Under the pieces are notes generated by a model. That model did not search any database. It had not been told where the DNA came from and saw nothing but the letters and a program-made list of their open reading frames with translations. From positions 1 through 64,000 of the forward strand of contig JBFLGF010000034.1 in assembly GCA_050230475.1 (NCBI GenBank): a stretch of 64,000 nt of DNA, in the 5' to 3' direction. The stretch comes from Ancylonema sp. Its lineage: Eukaryota. A program made the position numbers and the translations under genes. This document shows, one piece after another, positions 36,741 through 50,383 of the stretch (position 1 is the first letter of the stretch; the number at the start of each line of letters is the position of its first letter).

Positions 36741-38360
36741 CTTGGTGCGCAACATGTGTGACGTGTGTGTGCCGTCATCAATGATGTCAGATTTATTGCA
36801 TATTCATCTGCCGGTTCACGAGACGTCATGTATGAAGATACCTATAAAGTGATGCACCTTGCAGTCCGAAAAACCACACCATTTTATATGCCTTCATTTA
36901 TACCTCGGGCAACCTTAAAACTCCCAATGTTTAAAAGACGTGTGGCGTGTCGTCATGATGCTCATGATGGAGGTGAAATGTTTTTCCAATATCCCTCTTC
37001 TGATAGATTGGGAACGCCCGAAACGTTGGAACTTTCACAACTTCACTCAACTCAAGTGTTCTCATATTTTTAAAAAGGGTGCCAAGAGACAGAAAACCCG
37101 TTACGACACATTGGGATACTGGTTAGTGGTGCACTTGTGCGATCTGCGCCTTGCAATGGGCAATTTTTAAACGCCTGCAGATTGTACACAACACTACAAT
37201 CATATTATGTGTCGCGTACTTCAATTACAAGTCACAAGGTGGGAGATAAATTTAAAAAATTGGGAAAAAGGGTTGTTCAAGCCACCGTGGGGTCCCGATC
37301 CTCTAATACCAGATCAAATTCTCGTCCGGAACAGGTTGGATCCGGATCGGAGCCGTATCGGGAAGCACTTCGATCGGATTGGGGGCAAAAGTAAATTGGG
37401 GCCCGCCGATGATGGCCGGGCCAACTGTCGGCGGGCCCCGATCTAGCTACAGTATGAGCTGTGTAATGGAATCATGTTCGAAGGAACAACGTCTCTAAAG
37501 GAATAAAATATCCTGGCCTCAAAACCGGAAATTGTTAGCAACCGTCTCTGTCTAAATGAGTAACCTGTCTAATGGAATATTTATTCCCGGTCCCAACAGT
37601 ATTTATTTAGACTGGTTATACTCTAGCACTCATACTATAGTATTAGCCCGCTTCAGTACTAAGTGACAAGTCATGCATTGACGCAATGCAAAAGAAGATT
37701 GGACTATCTTTTTCTAACATCCACTTGTTCATAGTTGGGTCCCGAATGCGCTCGTCCCGGACGCGTCCAGAGATCCCCAGACGCGTCCGAGGCCAATAAG
37801 GGGAAAAAAAAAAAAAAAAAACCATAAGCATTATTGGCCATGGCATTATTGGCCTTTTTTTTGGGCCGGGGTGTCCGGGTCCGGGACGCGTCTTGGTCAA
37901 AATATGATTTGGTTGGTCGATCAAATAAGCGTTTCACTTGCCCTCATGTGAACATGTCTTCGTGTGCCTCCCTACTATCCCTAGTTGTTCTCGTAATGCA
38001 TGAGGAGGAAACCGCAACGGACATATGCGGACGAAACACGCTTGCACGAGTTTGTTCCTGATCCGCACGACACATTCAGATGGACTTACACATGTACAAA
38101 ATTTGCATGTCGACAACGACAAGGATTAATCGGAATCGGCAGCCTTACCTCATTTGACACAATAAACTTACTATTTCGTTGCCCCCACATCCGTCGACAC
38201 TCGGCACTTGCGTAGGTTGAACATTTTGTTTTGTTTTGTTTTTGTTGATTTTTTTTAATTACTATTGTTTCACATGTACTTACACATCATTCAATATACC
38301 CCTTCACATAGCCACAAAAGGTGAGCGCGAATCTGTGATGCTCTTGGTGATGACCATGCA

Positions 38361-39052
38361 TGACGTGCTACTTGGAGTCGGCCGCCCGGAATAATGTTAT
38401 CCATACTTTGTGCCCTTTGTTCCCGGATGTTTCTGAGAATGATGCCTGTGGTAATGCTCGTGGAAGAGTAGCGATGATGTTGACTGGGTTGATATCGATG
38501 ATGTTCGTAGGTGATCGAAGGGTCTCAAGTGGACTTGGTGGTCCGGCTCCTCTCACTAAGTAGTATTGCAGATTGAGTCTCTACTGAGATATCAATATTA
38601 TATCTATCACACGTCTCAGCGGTTTGGTGAAATTCACTACTTAACGCCGAGGGCGAAGCTAACAGATGGTTTATAGTACAAAAGTCTATGAAAATACTAT
38701 AAAGCAAACAAGATAGTCTGGTGCAGACTATCAAGGTTAACAGCCGCGAAAGCAAAGTATCGACGGCGCGTCGATAAAAGATGCTGGCTCATAAAAAGAG
38801 CGTCAGCAGACAGGTGTAAACAACAAATGCTGGCTCGGAGCGAGCGACAACAAACACACACACAAATGAAATTGCCGGTTCGGAGCGAACGCGGGCAAAT
38901 CGACAGATGTTAAACACACACACACGCTTGCTGGCTCAGAGAGAACGTCGGCGAATCGATGTAAGAAATTACAGTCGATTAACAAGTTGGCTCAGGAAGA
39001 GCGTCTGCAACAGATTCAGATGAATCAGATCAAATACACACACACAGATTGA
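38361..39052. mobile_element. Truncated copy of the long-LTR family seen at 50384
   Basis: Starts TGACGTGC..TTGGAGTCGG like 50384. Shares CTCTCACTAAG..TTGCAGA.TGAGTCTCT and CACTACTT.ACGCCGAGGGCGA blocks and the GCTGGCTC..GAGCGTCAGC array. Confidence 0.7.
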
Positions 39053-41783
39053 ATTTATTCCCTGTCAGAACCGGAGCTGGCAACTCTAAAGACGTACATC
39101 ACTGACAACCTCCAAAATGGCTTCATCCGGCCGTCCACCAGCCCGGGAGGAGCACCTGCCATGTTCATAAAAAAACATGATGGCAAACTACGGTTGTGCG
39201 TGGACTACCGCAAGCTCAATGCAGTCACTATCAAAAACCGCTGCCCTCTACCCCTCATACCTGAGCTGCTGGACCGCCTCAATTCCGCCACGATCTTCAC
39301 CAAGATCGATCTCCGCAACGCTTATCACCAGCTGCGCGTTAAAGAGGGGGATGAGTACAAGACTTCATTCCGCTGCCGCTACGACCACTACGAGTACCAG
39401 GTCTGCCCTTTCGGGCCTACCAATGCTCCGGCAGCATTTCAGTCGTTCATTAACGACGTGTTTCGCGAGCCTCTAGACGTCTTCCTAGCAAACCTCCTCG
39501 ACGACATGATCATCTACTCCCCATCCCCTGCCGAACATGTCCCCCACGTCCGTGCTATCCTGGCAATCCTACGCGAGAACAACCTCTACGCTAAGATCGA
39601 GAAGTGTCAATTCAACACAGACATTAGTGACTTCCTCGGCGACCGGGTATCCCCAGCCGGCGTGGGTATGGACCCCGAGAAAGTGGAATCTCTCCTTGAC
39701 TGGCCCACACCCCAGTCAGTCAAGGAGGTCCAGTCTTTTCTTGGGTTCGCTAACTTCCACAGACGTTTCATTAATGGCTATTCTACGGTGGCGTGCCCCC
39801 TTACCTCATTGACACGAAAGGGGGCAACCTTTGGCTGGACAACGGAGGCGGAGGCAACTTTCCAATCCCTCAAGCTGGCCTTCACCTCAGCTCCAGTCCT
39901 GCAGCACTTCCAACCCCTGCAGCCACTTACCATCGAAGCAGACGCCTCCGACTTCGGCCTCGGCTGCGTTTTGTCGCAGCCAGATCCCAGCGGCGAGCTC
40001 CACCCCGTAGCATTCTACTCCCGCAAGTTCATCCCGGCCGAACTAAACTACCCTATCTACGATAAAGAGCTGCTCGCCATCGTGGCTGCCTTTCGCCAGT
40101 GGCGAGTCTATCTTGAAGGCGCAGCCCACCCTATCGTCGTCTACACCGACCATAAGAACCTGGAGTACTTCCAAGCCGCTCGCACTACATCCCGCAGGCA
40201 CGCAAGGTGGGCCGAGACGCTGGCAGCCTACGACTTCACTATCGTCTACAGAAAGGGGTCCAGCAATGGCAAGCTAGACGCCCTATCCCGCAGACCTGAC
40301 TATCTGCTGCCAGCTACACCCCCCCACCCAATTCTCCCCCCACCAGCTCTTCTCCCAGTTCCCCCGGTGCGTGCGGCAGCTATCCTTCTGGCACCTAACG
40401 ACCCTATCCTCCTGGACATTCGCGCTGCTCAACTAGCTGACCCTACCCTCCGTGCTTAGCTACATCCCTGTAACCCGGACCCGCTCGGGAATCCAACCCG
40501 AGTCGCACTGCAGGCGAGTCCCAAATCCCCTACACCCTACGCGACGGCCTTACCATCGCGCCTCGCTATCCCACTGCAGCTCTTATCCTCTCTATCCTGA
40601 CACAATACCACGACGCACCTATGGCAGGCCACTTCGGCACTGCCCGCACGCACCGCTGGTGGCGCCCTACTTCCCCTGGCTTGGCCTCTCGTAGGCAGTG
40701 GAGGAGTACGTGCGCACGTGCGACATCTCCGCCCGGAACAAGCCGGTGCGCCATGCGCCCTATGGACTGTTGTCCCTCTACCTATCCCCCCAGCCATGGA
40801 CCAGTGTCTCCCTAGACTGGATATTGACCTCCCCCCTCGCGACTACCACGACGCCATTCTAGTGGTCGTCGACCGGCTGACGGAGCAGGCCCACTTCATT
40901 CCTACCACCAAGGCCATGGCGGCTCCTGAGGTCGCAGAGCGCTGTTCGTGCAGCAAGTCGTGCGCCTGCATGGGCTGCCCAGCAGCCTCATCAGCGACTG
41001 CGATCCCATCTTCACCAACCACTTTTGGCGCCGGCTGTTGGAGCTGCTCGGTGTACGGGCCAACCGATCCTCTGCTTTTCACCCGCAGACGGACGGAGAC
41101 GGAGCGCCTTAATTCGGTTCTCGAACAATATCTGCGAATCTACACCGATTACCAGCAATCCGATTGGTCCCAACTCCTCCCGCTAGCGGAGTTCGCTTAT
41201 AACAACTCCAAGCACTCCGCCACCACCCTTTCCCCGTTCTTTGCCAACTACGGCTTCCACCCGCAGATGTCGCTGCTCCCACCCTCCCCAATTACCCCCA
41301 ACCCCGCAGCCGACGACTACGTCAAAACGATCCACGACACCCAAGATTTCCTCCAGTCAGCGCTTCGCAAATCCCAGCGGGCGATGGAAATTTCGGCCAA
41401 TCGGAAGCGCAAATCTGCTCCGATATTTTCGCCGGGTCAGAAAGTATGGCTGTCCCGGCGCCACGTCGGATCCACTCGTCCTTCCTCGAAACTGGATGTC
41501 CGTCGTCTGGGTCCTAGATCGGCACCTCGTCTTATCGTTTGGAGCTGCCGGCCTCTGTGAAAATCCATCCCGTCTTCCACGTCAGCCTCCTTGAGCCGTA
41601 CCATACCAACACATTCCCGGGTCGTGTCGTGGCGCCTCCACCTCCGGTCGTTGTAGACGGCGCGCCACACGATGAGGTGGCCACAATTCTGGATTCCAGG
41701 ATGGTGGCCACAGTTCTGGATTCCAAGTTTGTGCGGGGCCGGCTCTTTTATCTCGTCGATTGGGTCGGGTACGATGAATCGGA
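39053..41783 (+). mobile_element. Chromovirus (Ty3/Gypsy) pol fragment: RT - RNase H - integrase - chromodomain, degenerate
   Basis: LRLCVDYRKLN, KIDLRNAYHQ, LLDD, ADASDFGLG, YDKELLAIV, TDHKNL, MAGHFG, TERLNSVLEQYLR, EFAYNN, KIHPVFHVSLL and chromodomain ILDS..GRLFYLVDWVGYDESE. Confidence 0.93.
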
Positions 41784-44528
41784 GGCGGAGTGCTTGGAGT
41801 TGTTGTAAGCGAACTCCGCCAGCGGCAGAAGTTTAGACCAATCGAATTGTTGGTAATCGGTGTAGATTCGAAAATATTGCTCGAGAACCGAATTCAGGCG
41901 CTCCGTCTGCCCGTCCGTTTGCGGGTGAAAAGCAGAGGAGCGGTTGGCCCGGACGCCGAGCAGCTCCAACAGCCGGCGCCAAAAGTGGCTGGTGAAAGAT
42001 GGGATCGCGGTCGTTGATGAGGCTGCTAGGCAACCCATGCAGGCGCACCACTTGCTGCACGAAAAGCGCTGCGACCTCAGGAGCCGCCATGGCCTTGGTG
42101 GTAGGGGGATGAAGTGGGCCTGTTTCGTCAGCCGGTCGATGACCACCAGAATTGCGTCATGGTAGTCGCTAGGGGGAAGGTCTGTTATCCAGTCGAGGGA
42201 GACACTGGTCCAAGGCTGGGTGGCTGGGTAGGGATTGGTAGGGGAGACAGCAGTCCGTAGGGCGCATGGCGCACCGGCTTGTTCCGGGCGCGCGCAGATG
42301 TCGCACGTACGCACGTATTCTTCCACTGCCTTCGATAGGCCAAGCCAGTGGAAGTACTACGCCACCAGCGCGTGCGTGCGGGCAGTGCCGTTGTGGCGTG
42401 CCATAGGTGCGTCGTGGTACTGTGTCAAGATAGAGAGGATAAGGGCTGCAGCGGTAGGGGGAATAGCGAGGCGGCTGCTGCCGTCTCGTAGGGTGTAGGG
42501 GAATTGGGACTCGCCTGCAGTGCGACTCGGGTTGGATTCCCGAGCGGGTCCGGGTTGTAGGGAAAGTAGCAATAGCGTGTACATGATACGGTCTGCTAGC
42601 TGAGCAGCGCGAATGTCCTGGAGGATGGGGTCGTTAGGTGCGAGGAGGATAGCTGCCGCACGCACTACCGGGGGAACTGGTAGAAGAGTTGGTGGGGGAA
42701 GGACTGGGTGGGGGGATGTGGCTGGCAGCAGATAGTCAGGTCTGCGGGAAAGGGCGTCCGGCTTGCCATTGTTGGACCCCTTCCTGTAGACAGTAGTGAA
42801 GTCGTAGGCTGCCAGCGTCTCGGCCCACCGCGCGTGCCTTCGGGATGTAGGCGGCCTGGAAATACTCCAGGTTCTTATGGTCGGTGTAGACGACGATAGG
42901 GTGGGCCGTGCCTTCCAGGATAGACTCGCCACTGGCAAAAGGCAGCCACGATGGCGAGCATCTCTTTGTCGTAGATAGGATAGTTGAGTTCGGTTGGGAT
43001 GAACTTCCGGGAGTAGTATGCTACGGGGTGGAGCTCGCCCCCGGGATCTGGCTGCGACAAGACGCAGCCGAGGCCGAAGTCGGAGGCGTCTGCTTCGATG
43101 GTAAGTGGCTGCAGGGGTTGGAAGTGGTGCAGGACTGAAGCTGAGGTGAAGGCCAGCTTGAGGGATTGGAAAGCTTCCTCCGCCTCAGTTGTCCAGCAAA
43201 ATGTTGCCCCTTTCCGAGTCAATGAGGTAAGGGGGCACGCCACCGTAGAATACCCATTAATGAAACGTATGTAGAAGTTAGCGAAGCCGAGAAAGGACTG
43301 GACCTCCTTGACTGACTGGGGTGTGGGCCAGTCAAAGAGAGATTCCACTTTCTCGGGGTGTCCATACCCACGCCGGCTGGGGATACCCGGTAGCCGAGGA
43401 AAAGTCAATAGTGTCGTCTGTATTGAACTGACATTTCTCGATCTTAGCATAGAGGTTGTTCTCGCGTAGAATTGCCAGTATAACACGGACGTGGGGTACA
43501 TGTTCGGCAGAGGAGGGGGAGTAGATGATCATGTCGTCGAGGAGATTTGCTAGGAAGACGTCTAGAGGCTCGCGAAACACGTCGTTAATGAAGAAATGAA
43601 AGACTGCCGGGGCATTGGTAGGCCCGAAAGGGCAAACCTGGTACTCGTAGTGGCCGTAGCGGCAGCGGAATGCAGTCTTGTACTCTCATCCCCCTCTTTG
43701 ACGCGCAGCTGGTGATAAGTGATAATCGTTGCGTAGGTCTATCTTGGTGAAGATCGTGGCGGAGTTGAGGTGGTCCAGCAAGAGGGGTAAGGGCAGCGAT
43801 TCTTGACCGTGACTGCATTGAGCTGCGGTAGTCCACGCACAACCTGTTTGCCATCAGGTTTTTTTTGAACATAACAGGTGCTCCACCCGGGCTGGTGGAC
43901 GGCCGGATGAAGCCATTCGCCAAGTTGTCCGTGATGTACGTTTGAGAGTGGCCAGCTCCGGTTCTGACAAGGAATATATCGGCCCCCAAGGGGATTCCTT
44001 GCCTGGCAGGAGGGGGGTCGCTAAGTCGTAGGACCTGTGGGGGGGAAGGGTATGGAAAGGGGACCCGCACAGACCCCTCCTAGGACTGTGTGGGGTGGTC
44101 GTTTTTTGACTCTGAGTGCTGCAGATCCAGGAAGCGCACGTTGCGTCCCTTGCCCTTGTTGGGACAAGTCCTGTTGTCATGGCCTAGCAGACCACAGTAG
44201 TGGCACAGGTGGCGAGCCACACGGCGAGCCATTTCCGCTAGTTCCACTTTCAGGACCTGGCGGCGGGTTCCATCTATGTCCATGGGGACGATCTGCAGGT
44301 GAAAGGGCACCTGCTGGGGAAACTGATCTGCAGCTCTGGCTTGGGGGGGAATGTATGCAGATTTGGAGGGTCGGTCCAGACTGCTGGCAGTCATGTTGTT
44401 TTCCACCTTCTTGACAAACGTACGCTGAAAAGGTTTCGAAAGGGTCCTGCACTTTGAGGATTTCTCGACGGAGCTCCGGTTTAAGCTTCTCGAAGAAGGT
44501 ATAGATGCTGGGGTGGTCAGGCCAGGGG
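41784..44528 (-). mobile_element. Second, inverted chromovirus copy: gag C-terminus - (protease deleted) - RT - RH - partial integrase
   Basis: PMDID and [14 protein letters not shown] knuckle; [11 protein letters not shown]; same RT/RH/IN motifs as the + copy with many frameshifts; HPQTDGQTERLN. Confidence 0.92.
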
Positions 44529-44960
44529 TGTTAGGACCCTCGCTACAGTCACTAGGGCTTCCTAGCGAGGCTCCCACACTTAGCACTAGAGCGCTACTCT
44601 TAGCACCAGAGCGCTACTAGCGCAGTTGTCCCTATCGCGAGTTTTGTCCCTTTATAGTGATATGTGTGTCCTTAGCCGCTTTGTCCTTATATCGAGTGCC
44701 GACCCTTAGCTTTCCTTCTAGTTATCCCACATCTTGATTAGCTTGTGGATGTCGACTTTCACTATATCCATAAGAATGCCTTTGGAGTTAGAGCATTCCT
44801 ATTTCAACTCATGTACTTGCACCTTTTGTTGTGCCTTATCATATCAACCCGACCATTGATCATCGGCTCATTAGCCTCCATCCTATCGGCTCAATTCCCA
44901 TTGCTTTGTGTGTGCACTTGCAACATAGATTGCTAGGAGTTCCATTCCATACTCCTAACA
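44529..44960 (+). repeat. LTR homologous to 16517-16975
   Basis: TGTTAGGACCCTCGCTACAGTCACTAGGG...CCTAACA. Followed after 9 nt by CTTTGATAGGAAT. Confidence 0.85.
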
Positions 44961-47584
44961 CTCTACCTGCTTTGATAGGAATACAATTGAGGGTTTTTAA
45001 CTTATTTTAAGGCAAAAACCTCACTTTTTTTCTGAGTTTCCATTTTATTTTTTCCTCATGGACAACTTTATCTTTCGACCTGATGGAAGCACAACAAGAA
45101 CTACATGAACTACCTCACTATATGAGAACAAAATGTGAATACAACATTAATATTAATAAGGAAGAACGACAACAATTATACAATCGACGCGCCGTTTCAC
45201 GCGCGCGGTAATCTAGATCTTATCTTGATCTATGGTACTAAAAAAAAAATCGACTAGACAGCTTATCGTGACTTTCTATTCTAGAGTTCTAGATTTAAAA
45301 CGTGCGGCGGTTCAAACGCCTGGCTGGCTGACAGAGATAAAGCTCGGCGCGCAGAGGGAATCTACTAACTCGTCGATACGACAAAATACTCCGAATTAAA
45401 ATCTAAATAGTGGTACACCGACTTTTCTAGATTGACTGAGTATAAAAAAATTGTCAAATCAAACGTCTGACTGATTGAAACTCATATAACGACAGATTTC
45501 AATATAACGACTAAAAATCGACAATTACCAAAATTGCTATTTTTCAAGCGGATGCGGATCGAAAAGACTTTACTTTCTAACGATATGTAGCGGCATGACA
45601 CGGTTCTCCCAGACCCGATTCGAATTTACTTGACCGAGCTCAATTCATTCGACATCACAGTACTACTTGTTTACAAAAAGTTCTACTAAGATATTATTGC
45701 TCGTACCGTTTACTCTCAAATTCAGAATATTGACACCGTATGTAAATTTCTGGACCGATACCGTACTCAAGATTTACTCTCAAATACCGTGAATTTTATA
45801 CAGATCGACAGTATATTGTCAAGTCCTCGTTTTTATTTATTGTCTCTTCCAGTACAAGTTGCTTCCACCGACATTTTTTTGTTGCTGAACGCACTAAGAA
45901 CTGCTCACCCGGAACAATTACACGCCTGAAAAGTATCGACAGCCATTACTTTACCAGATATACACATTTATTAAAAAAAAATGCACCGACGACTAGATCT
46001 ACCATATTGTAATCCAGAGCAAGTATATGATACGTACAGTATTCCGCCCAAAAATATTTCACTACCGATAAAGTTACCTATATATGCAAATCATCGAGTA
46101 CATGATACACTGGATAACAAGACTGCCAATATCATTGAAGAAATCGACAACATCAACGTACAAGTGGAATTGAGAGGACGTTATGCTAGTCTTTCTGACC
46201 CGTTTAAACATGCAAGAATGGAAATTACAGCCACCTCAAGCAAACACGAAACAATTCCAACAAGCTAAAAAACGGTGGTATGCAGAGTTATTAATATTGG
46301 ACGAACCAAAAGAAGATAAAGAAGCACCACCACCTGCATATACAAGTGTACCAAACACCTCAACTACTGATTTGAAGGCCAAAATTGGACAATTGGATCT
46401 CAGACTTACAGGCATTAGTGATATTTTTACAGATCAATTGGGAAGAATGGAATCACAGTTACTACGGCTACTCAATAACTTTGATTCACCAGCACCAAAT
46501 GATAATACCAATTCTGATCTGAAATCAACAACAACAATGAAGCCATGTTTGAAAACCTCGTCACTGGCAGTCATTCCGAAACCGAATGTTGGACCGGTAG
46601 TGCTTCCAGATGCCCGATTAACAACAAATTGGTCTATTATTACCATTCCCAATCACAAGAATGTGTTACTCGTTAATGACATACCAGTCAAAGACTCAAG
46701 AGCTGGCCATGTTATCATTGGAAAAGCATTAACAAAATAAATGATTTTGCAACCAACTGATTTAGATCCAGGCATAATTTACTCCACATCATTTGGAGAG
46801 GTATACCAAACACTCGGTACTACAAAGAAGAATATGCCAATTACCATTGGACTCGGCAACAATAAAACAACGATTGAAGTACATTTACAATTATCCCAAT
46901 CCGACACATTCTCAATGTTACTGGGCAATGCATTTTTGGTTCCCCTTGGTGTCAAGCTCGACAATGGACACACAAATTACATTATGAAGTGGACTGGAAT
47001 ACAAAAGGCCAACACATTGCATCTATACCGATCAACCTTACGCAACCACATCGAGCAACACGATTTTTACCGATTCAATGCATGGAAGAAGAATATTCCG
47101 GTACATCGATAGATATCATCAACAAAGACATCGATGAGACCAAGTTCATCTCCACACATGAAGAAGACGTCCTGTCAGACTTCGAGTTTAAGTAGTTTAA
47201 GTAGTTTGAGTAGTGGAAAATGATTTACAACACGCACCGGATATATCACCATTTACAAAGGATGAAATGGATTATGATCCACATTGACAATCATGGGAAA
47301 CAAATACGATGGTATACCTAGCAACCACAAGTCACACGGACATTCGTGCTGCTTCCCGAGCTACACTTGATGCAGCAGGACGCACAATGGCACAAATAGC
47401 AGAGTTAACAGCCAACAAGAATTTGACTACACTCCGCCTGCAAGGCACCAATTTACTTCGACAAGCGGAACAACGAGTTAACAATTTACCACCAAATGGA
47501 GTACATCGCGAATGGCAAGGGATACCTATACGATATGTTTTTCCCATCACACCACGAGACGATATCGGGTTTAATCCCAGAGCT

Positions 47585-48561
47585 ATGCACCAAGGACTAC
47601 ATATTTGGGAACCGTTCGGGGGATCCAGCTACAGTGACTTAGTGGCAGTAGCAAAAGCAGGTTACCCAGTGGGTTGTTATAGTCATTCAGACATTTGCGA
47701 AAATGCACGCCACGCAACGATATCATTTTTACCAAAGGCACAAACACGGTACCCCAGCTTGATCCCAACAACAACCATCAGGGGATTCGACACTCGGTTA
47801 CCAAATGATATTAGTAACATTACCAACGATCAACTTGCAGATTTGGTAAAAGCAAAAGGACCTATTGACTTCATTGTATCTGGATGGGAATGCCACATGG
47901 TCAGCCGAGCCGGAGAACAACGTGGTCTTACAAACATACGTTTTCCTTAATTTTTCGACCTCATCCGAGCGGTGAACTTCTTGACGAAACATTAACCTTA
48001 CCCTCCCATTTTCATATTTGAGAACACTTACCCTTTCGATGACCTTCGACAAGAAGTCATCGACACGACGATTCTCATTAAATTATTTTTGGGGAAACCA
48101 TCGGTCATTGATGCAATTAGTTGTGGGAGCACAGCACACAGATTACGATGTATCTGGACGAACTTCATCTCACCACAACTATTGGAAAACGCATTACCTG
48201 ACAATCCACAATTACCTCCGGTACATCAACACTTGGAACACTACCACTCACCAGCTCCCGTTACACAGAATGATACTTTACCATTGGCAGAATTTAACAA
48301 AATTGGAGAACTACGAAAGGCATTACCAACAATTTTATCTTTCCCAAATAGTTATCAATTTTCTTTTCAACCTAATGGTGACCTTGGCCCGGGCATGTTG
48401 TACAACCACGACACACGACAATGGGAGATACCTACTATCTAGGGATGTGAACGCATGATGGGATTTGAAGAAGGCGATACAATGAGTATTGGTTTCAACG
48501 ACACTACACGCAAAGACCTCATTGGTCGTGCCATGGATCGCAACATGATGAAATGGCTCTG
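47585..48561 (+). pseudogene. Retrotransposon-encoded C5-cytosine DNA methyltransferase domain (DNMT3-like motif order), with in-frame stops
   Basis: Motif I IWEPFGG, IV GPIDFIVSGWEC, VI FIFENT, VIII AHRLRCIWTN, IX ERMMGF, X LIGRAMD. All lie in one frame shared with the RT N-terminus (ORFs 47309, 48089, 48569). Confidence 0.88.
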
Positions 48562-50383
48562 AGGAATTTTGATGGCGGTTCATGCGACCCCATTATCCAC
48601 ACCTTGCCAACACACATCGAACTCCAAGACACAATCTACCCTCAGGGGGGGGCGCACTTACCTTTCGATCCCTCGAGAATTCAACAAGTTACATTGTGAA
48701 GCAACTGAGAAGCAGTTTTACCTCAACACCGATTCAACGTTTAAACAATCTTCCAACAACAAGCAATACCTATATCACACACCAACGGCATTGGAATCCA
48801 TCTTACCAACAACCCATTTAGGTGATTTAAATGGCAATTCACAAAATGATTTATCACCACCTCCAGAAGATGTTACCCCGTCAACGGACATTAAATGGAA
48901 AATTGGATCACAACTTACCCCGGAACAAAGAGAACAAGTGGTTACATTACTCGAAAAAAATCGTGATTTTTTTGCATTTTCTTTGGAGGATCTAGGTACT
49001 TCACACAACGAGCCAATGACTATACCATTAAAAACGACGGAACCCGTGTTTCAAGGAGCTCATCGACTCAGCCCTACAGAATGGGCTGAGTCATAATTGT
49101 CGAAAATTACTTGCACTCGGTATGATTCGGAAAATTACTCAAAGCAAGTATGCCTCAGCAACAGTAGTTGTCATAAAGAAAGATGAAGAAGGCAACTACA
49201 CAAATTTTCGACAATGTGGAGATTACCGACCGTTAAATGGACATACAAAATTCGATCGTTACCCGTTACCCAACATCGAAGATATATTTCAAGACATGCA
49301 AAATGCCTCATTATTCAACAAACTGAATTTACGGCAAGGTTACCATCAGGTACCCATTTCGGAGGAGGACAAATGTGAAACTGTATTTTGGGGACCATTT
49401 CGGCAACTTTTTGAATGGAACGTAGTACCTTATTGATTTAAGAATGCACCACCATTCTTCCAACGCACCATGAATAGCATACTAGCTGGTTTAAATCACG
49501 CCCGATGTTACATCGACGACATTATAAATTGGAGTACCAACTTTGATGGTCATTTGTTACACTTACAAAAAGTATTCCATCGACTAAGGAAACAACGTTT
49601 AAAAATCCACCCTGGCAAGTGTTTATTCTTTGCAAAAGAAATGGACTTCCTTGGACATCGCATTACCCAGCATGGCCTATCACCACAAGAGTAAAAGACT
49701 ATAGCTATTACTGATATGCCGGTGCCAAAAGACATTCATGCTCTCAGGGCAGCACTCGGACTCTTCTCATATTACCGAAAATTTGTACCTCATTTTTCAT
49801 CTATCGTAGCACCTCTCAAAAAAATCTTACGCCATGACATCAAATGGCTATGGGAGGAAGATCAAGAACAAGCATTTCAAGCCCTTAAAGCAACATTGTG
49901 TTCGGAACCTGTTTTACGACGCCCTGGTTTGACAGCAGACTTCCAGCTCTCCACCGACTAGAGTCAACATGGATTAGGAGTAGTCCTCAGTCAGATTGAT
50001 GAAGAAGGACAAGAATATGCAGTAGCATTCGTGAGCCGAAGTTGTAATGCAATTGAGAAAAATTATAGTAGCTTCCATGGCGAGACACTTGCAGTAATTT
50101 GGGTTGTACAAAATTTCCGTCAATATTTGTTTGGACGCAGATTTACACTCATTACCAACCACGCCCCGTTAAAATGGTTAATGACAACACCGAAACTTAC
50201 AGAAAAATTGGCAAGATGGGCATTACTACTTCAAGAATATGAATTCGAGGTGGTACATCGACTTGGCATTACCCACACAAACGCGGACGGATGCAGCAGG
50301 TGCCCATTACCAGAGACTGGTACAACCTCACATGAAATTGATTTAGTGGGAGAAATCATGCCAAGTTTCGCGCAACTTCCAGT

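Noticed and set aside
41678..41730. 27-bp in-frame duplication in the chromodomain (VATILDSRM VATVLDSK)
   Set aside because: Simple local duplication in a dead copy; no sign of function.
44529..44960. LTR as the 5' LTR of the minus-strand gag-pol copy
   Set aside because: No PBS on that side and the gag N-terminus is absent. The PBS-like motif lies on the right, indicating + orientation.
45189..45934. Insertion flanked by ATCGAC direct repeats splitting a possible gag-like frame
   Set aside because: ATCGAC is common locally and the segment has no recognisable termini; could be chance.
47585..48561. Bacterial restriction-modification methylase or host DRM/DNMT3 gene
   Set aside because: No cognate endonuclease, no introns, motifs not permuted as in DRM, and the domain is in frame within a retrotransposon Pol.
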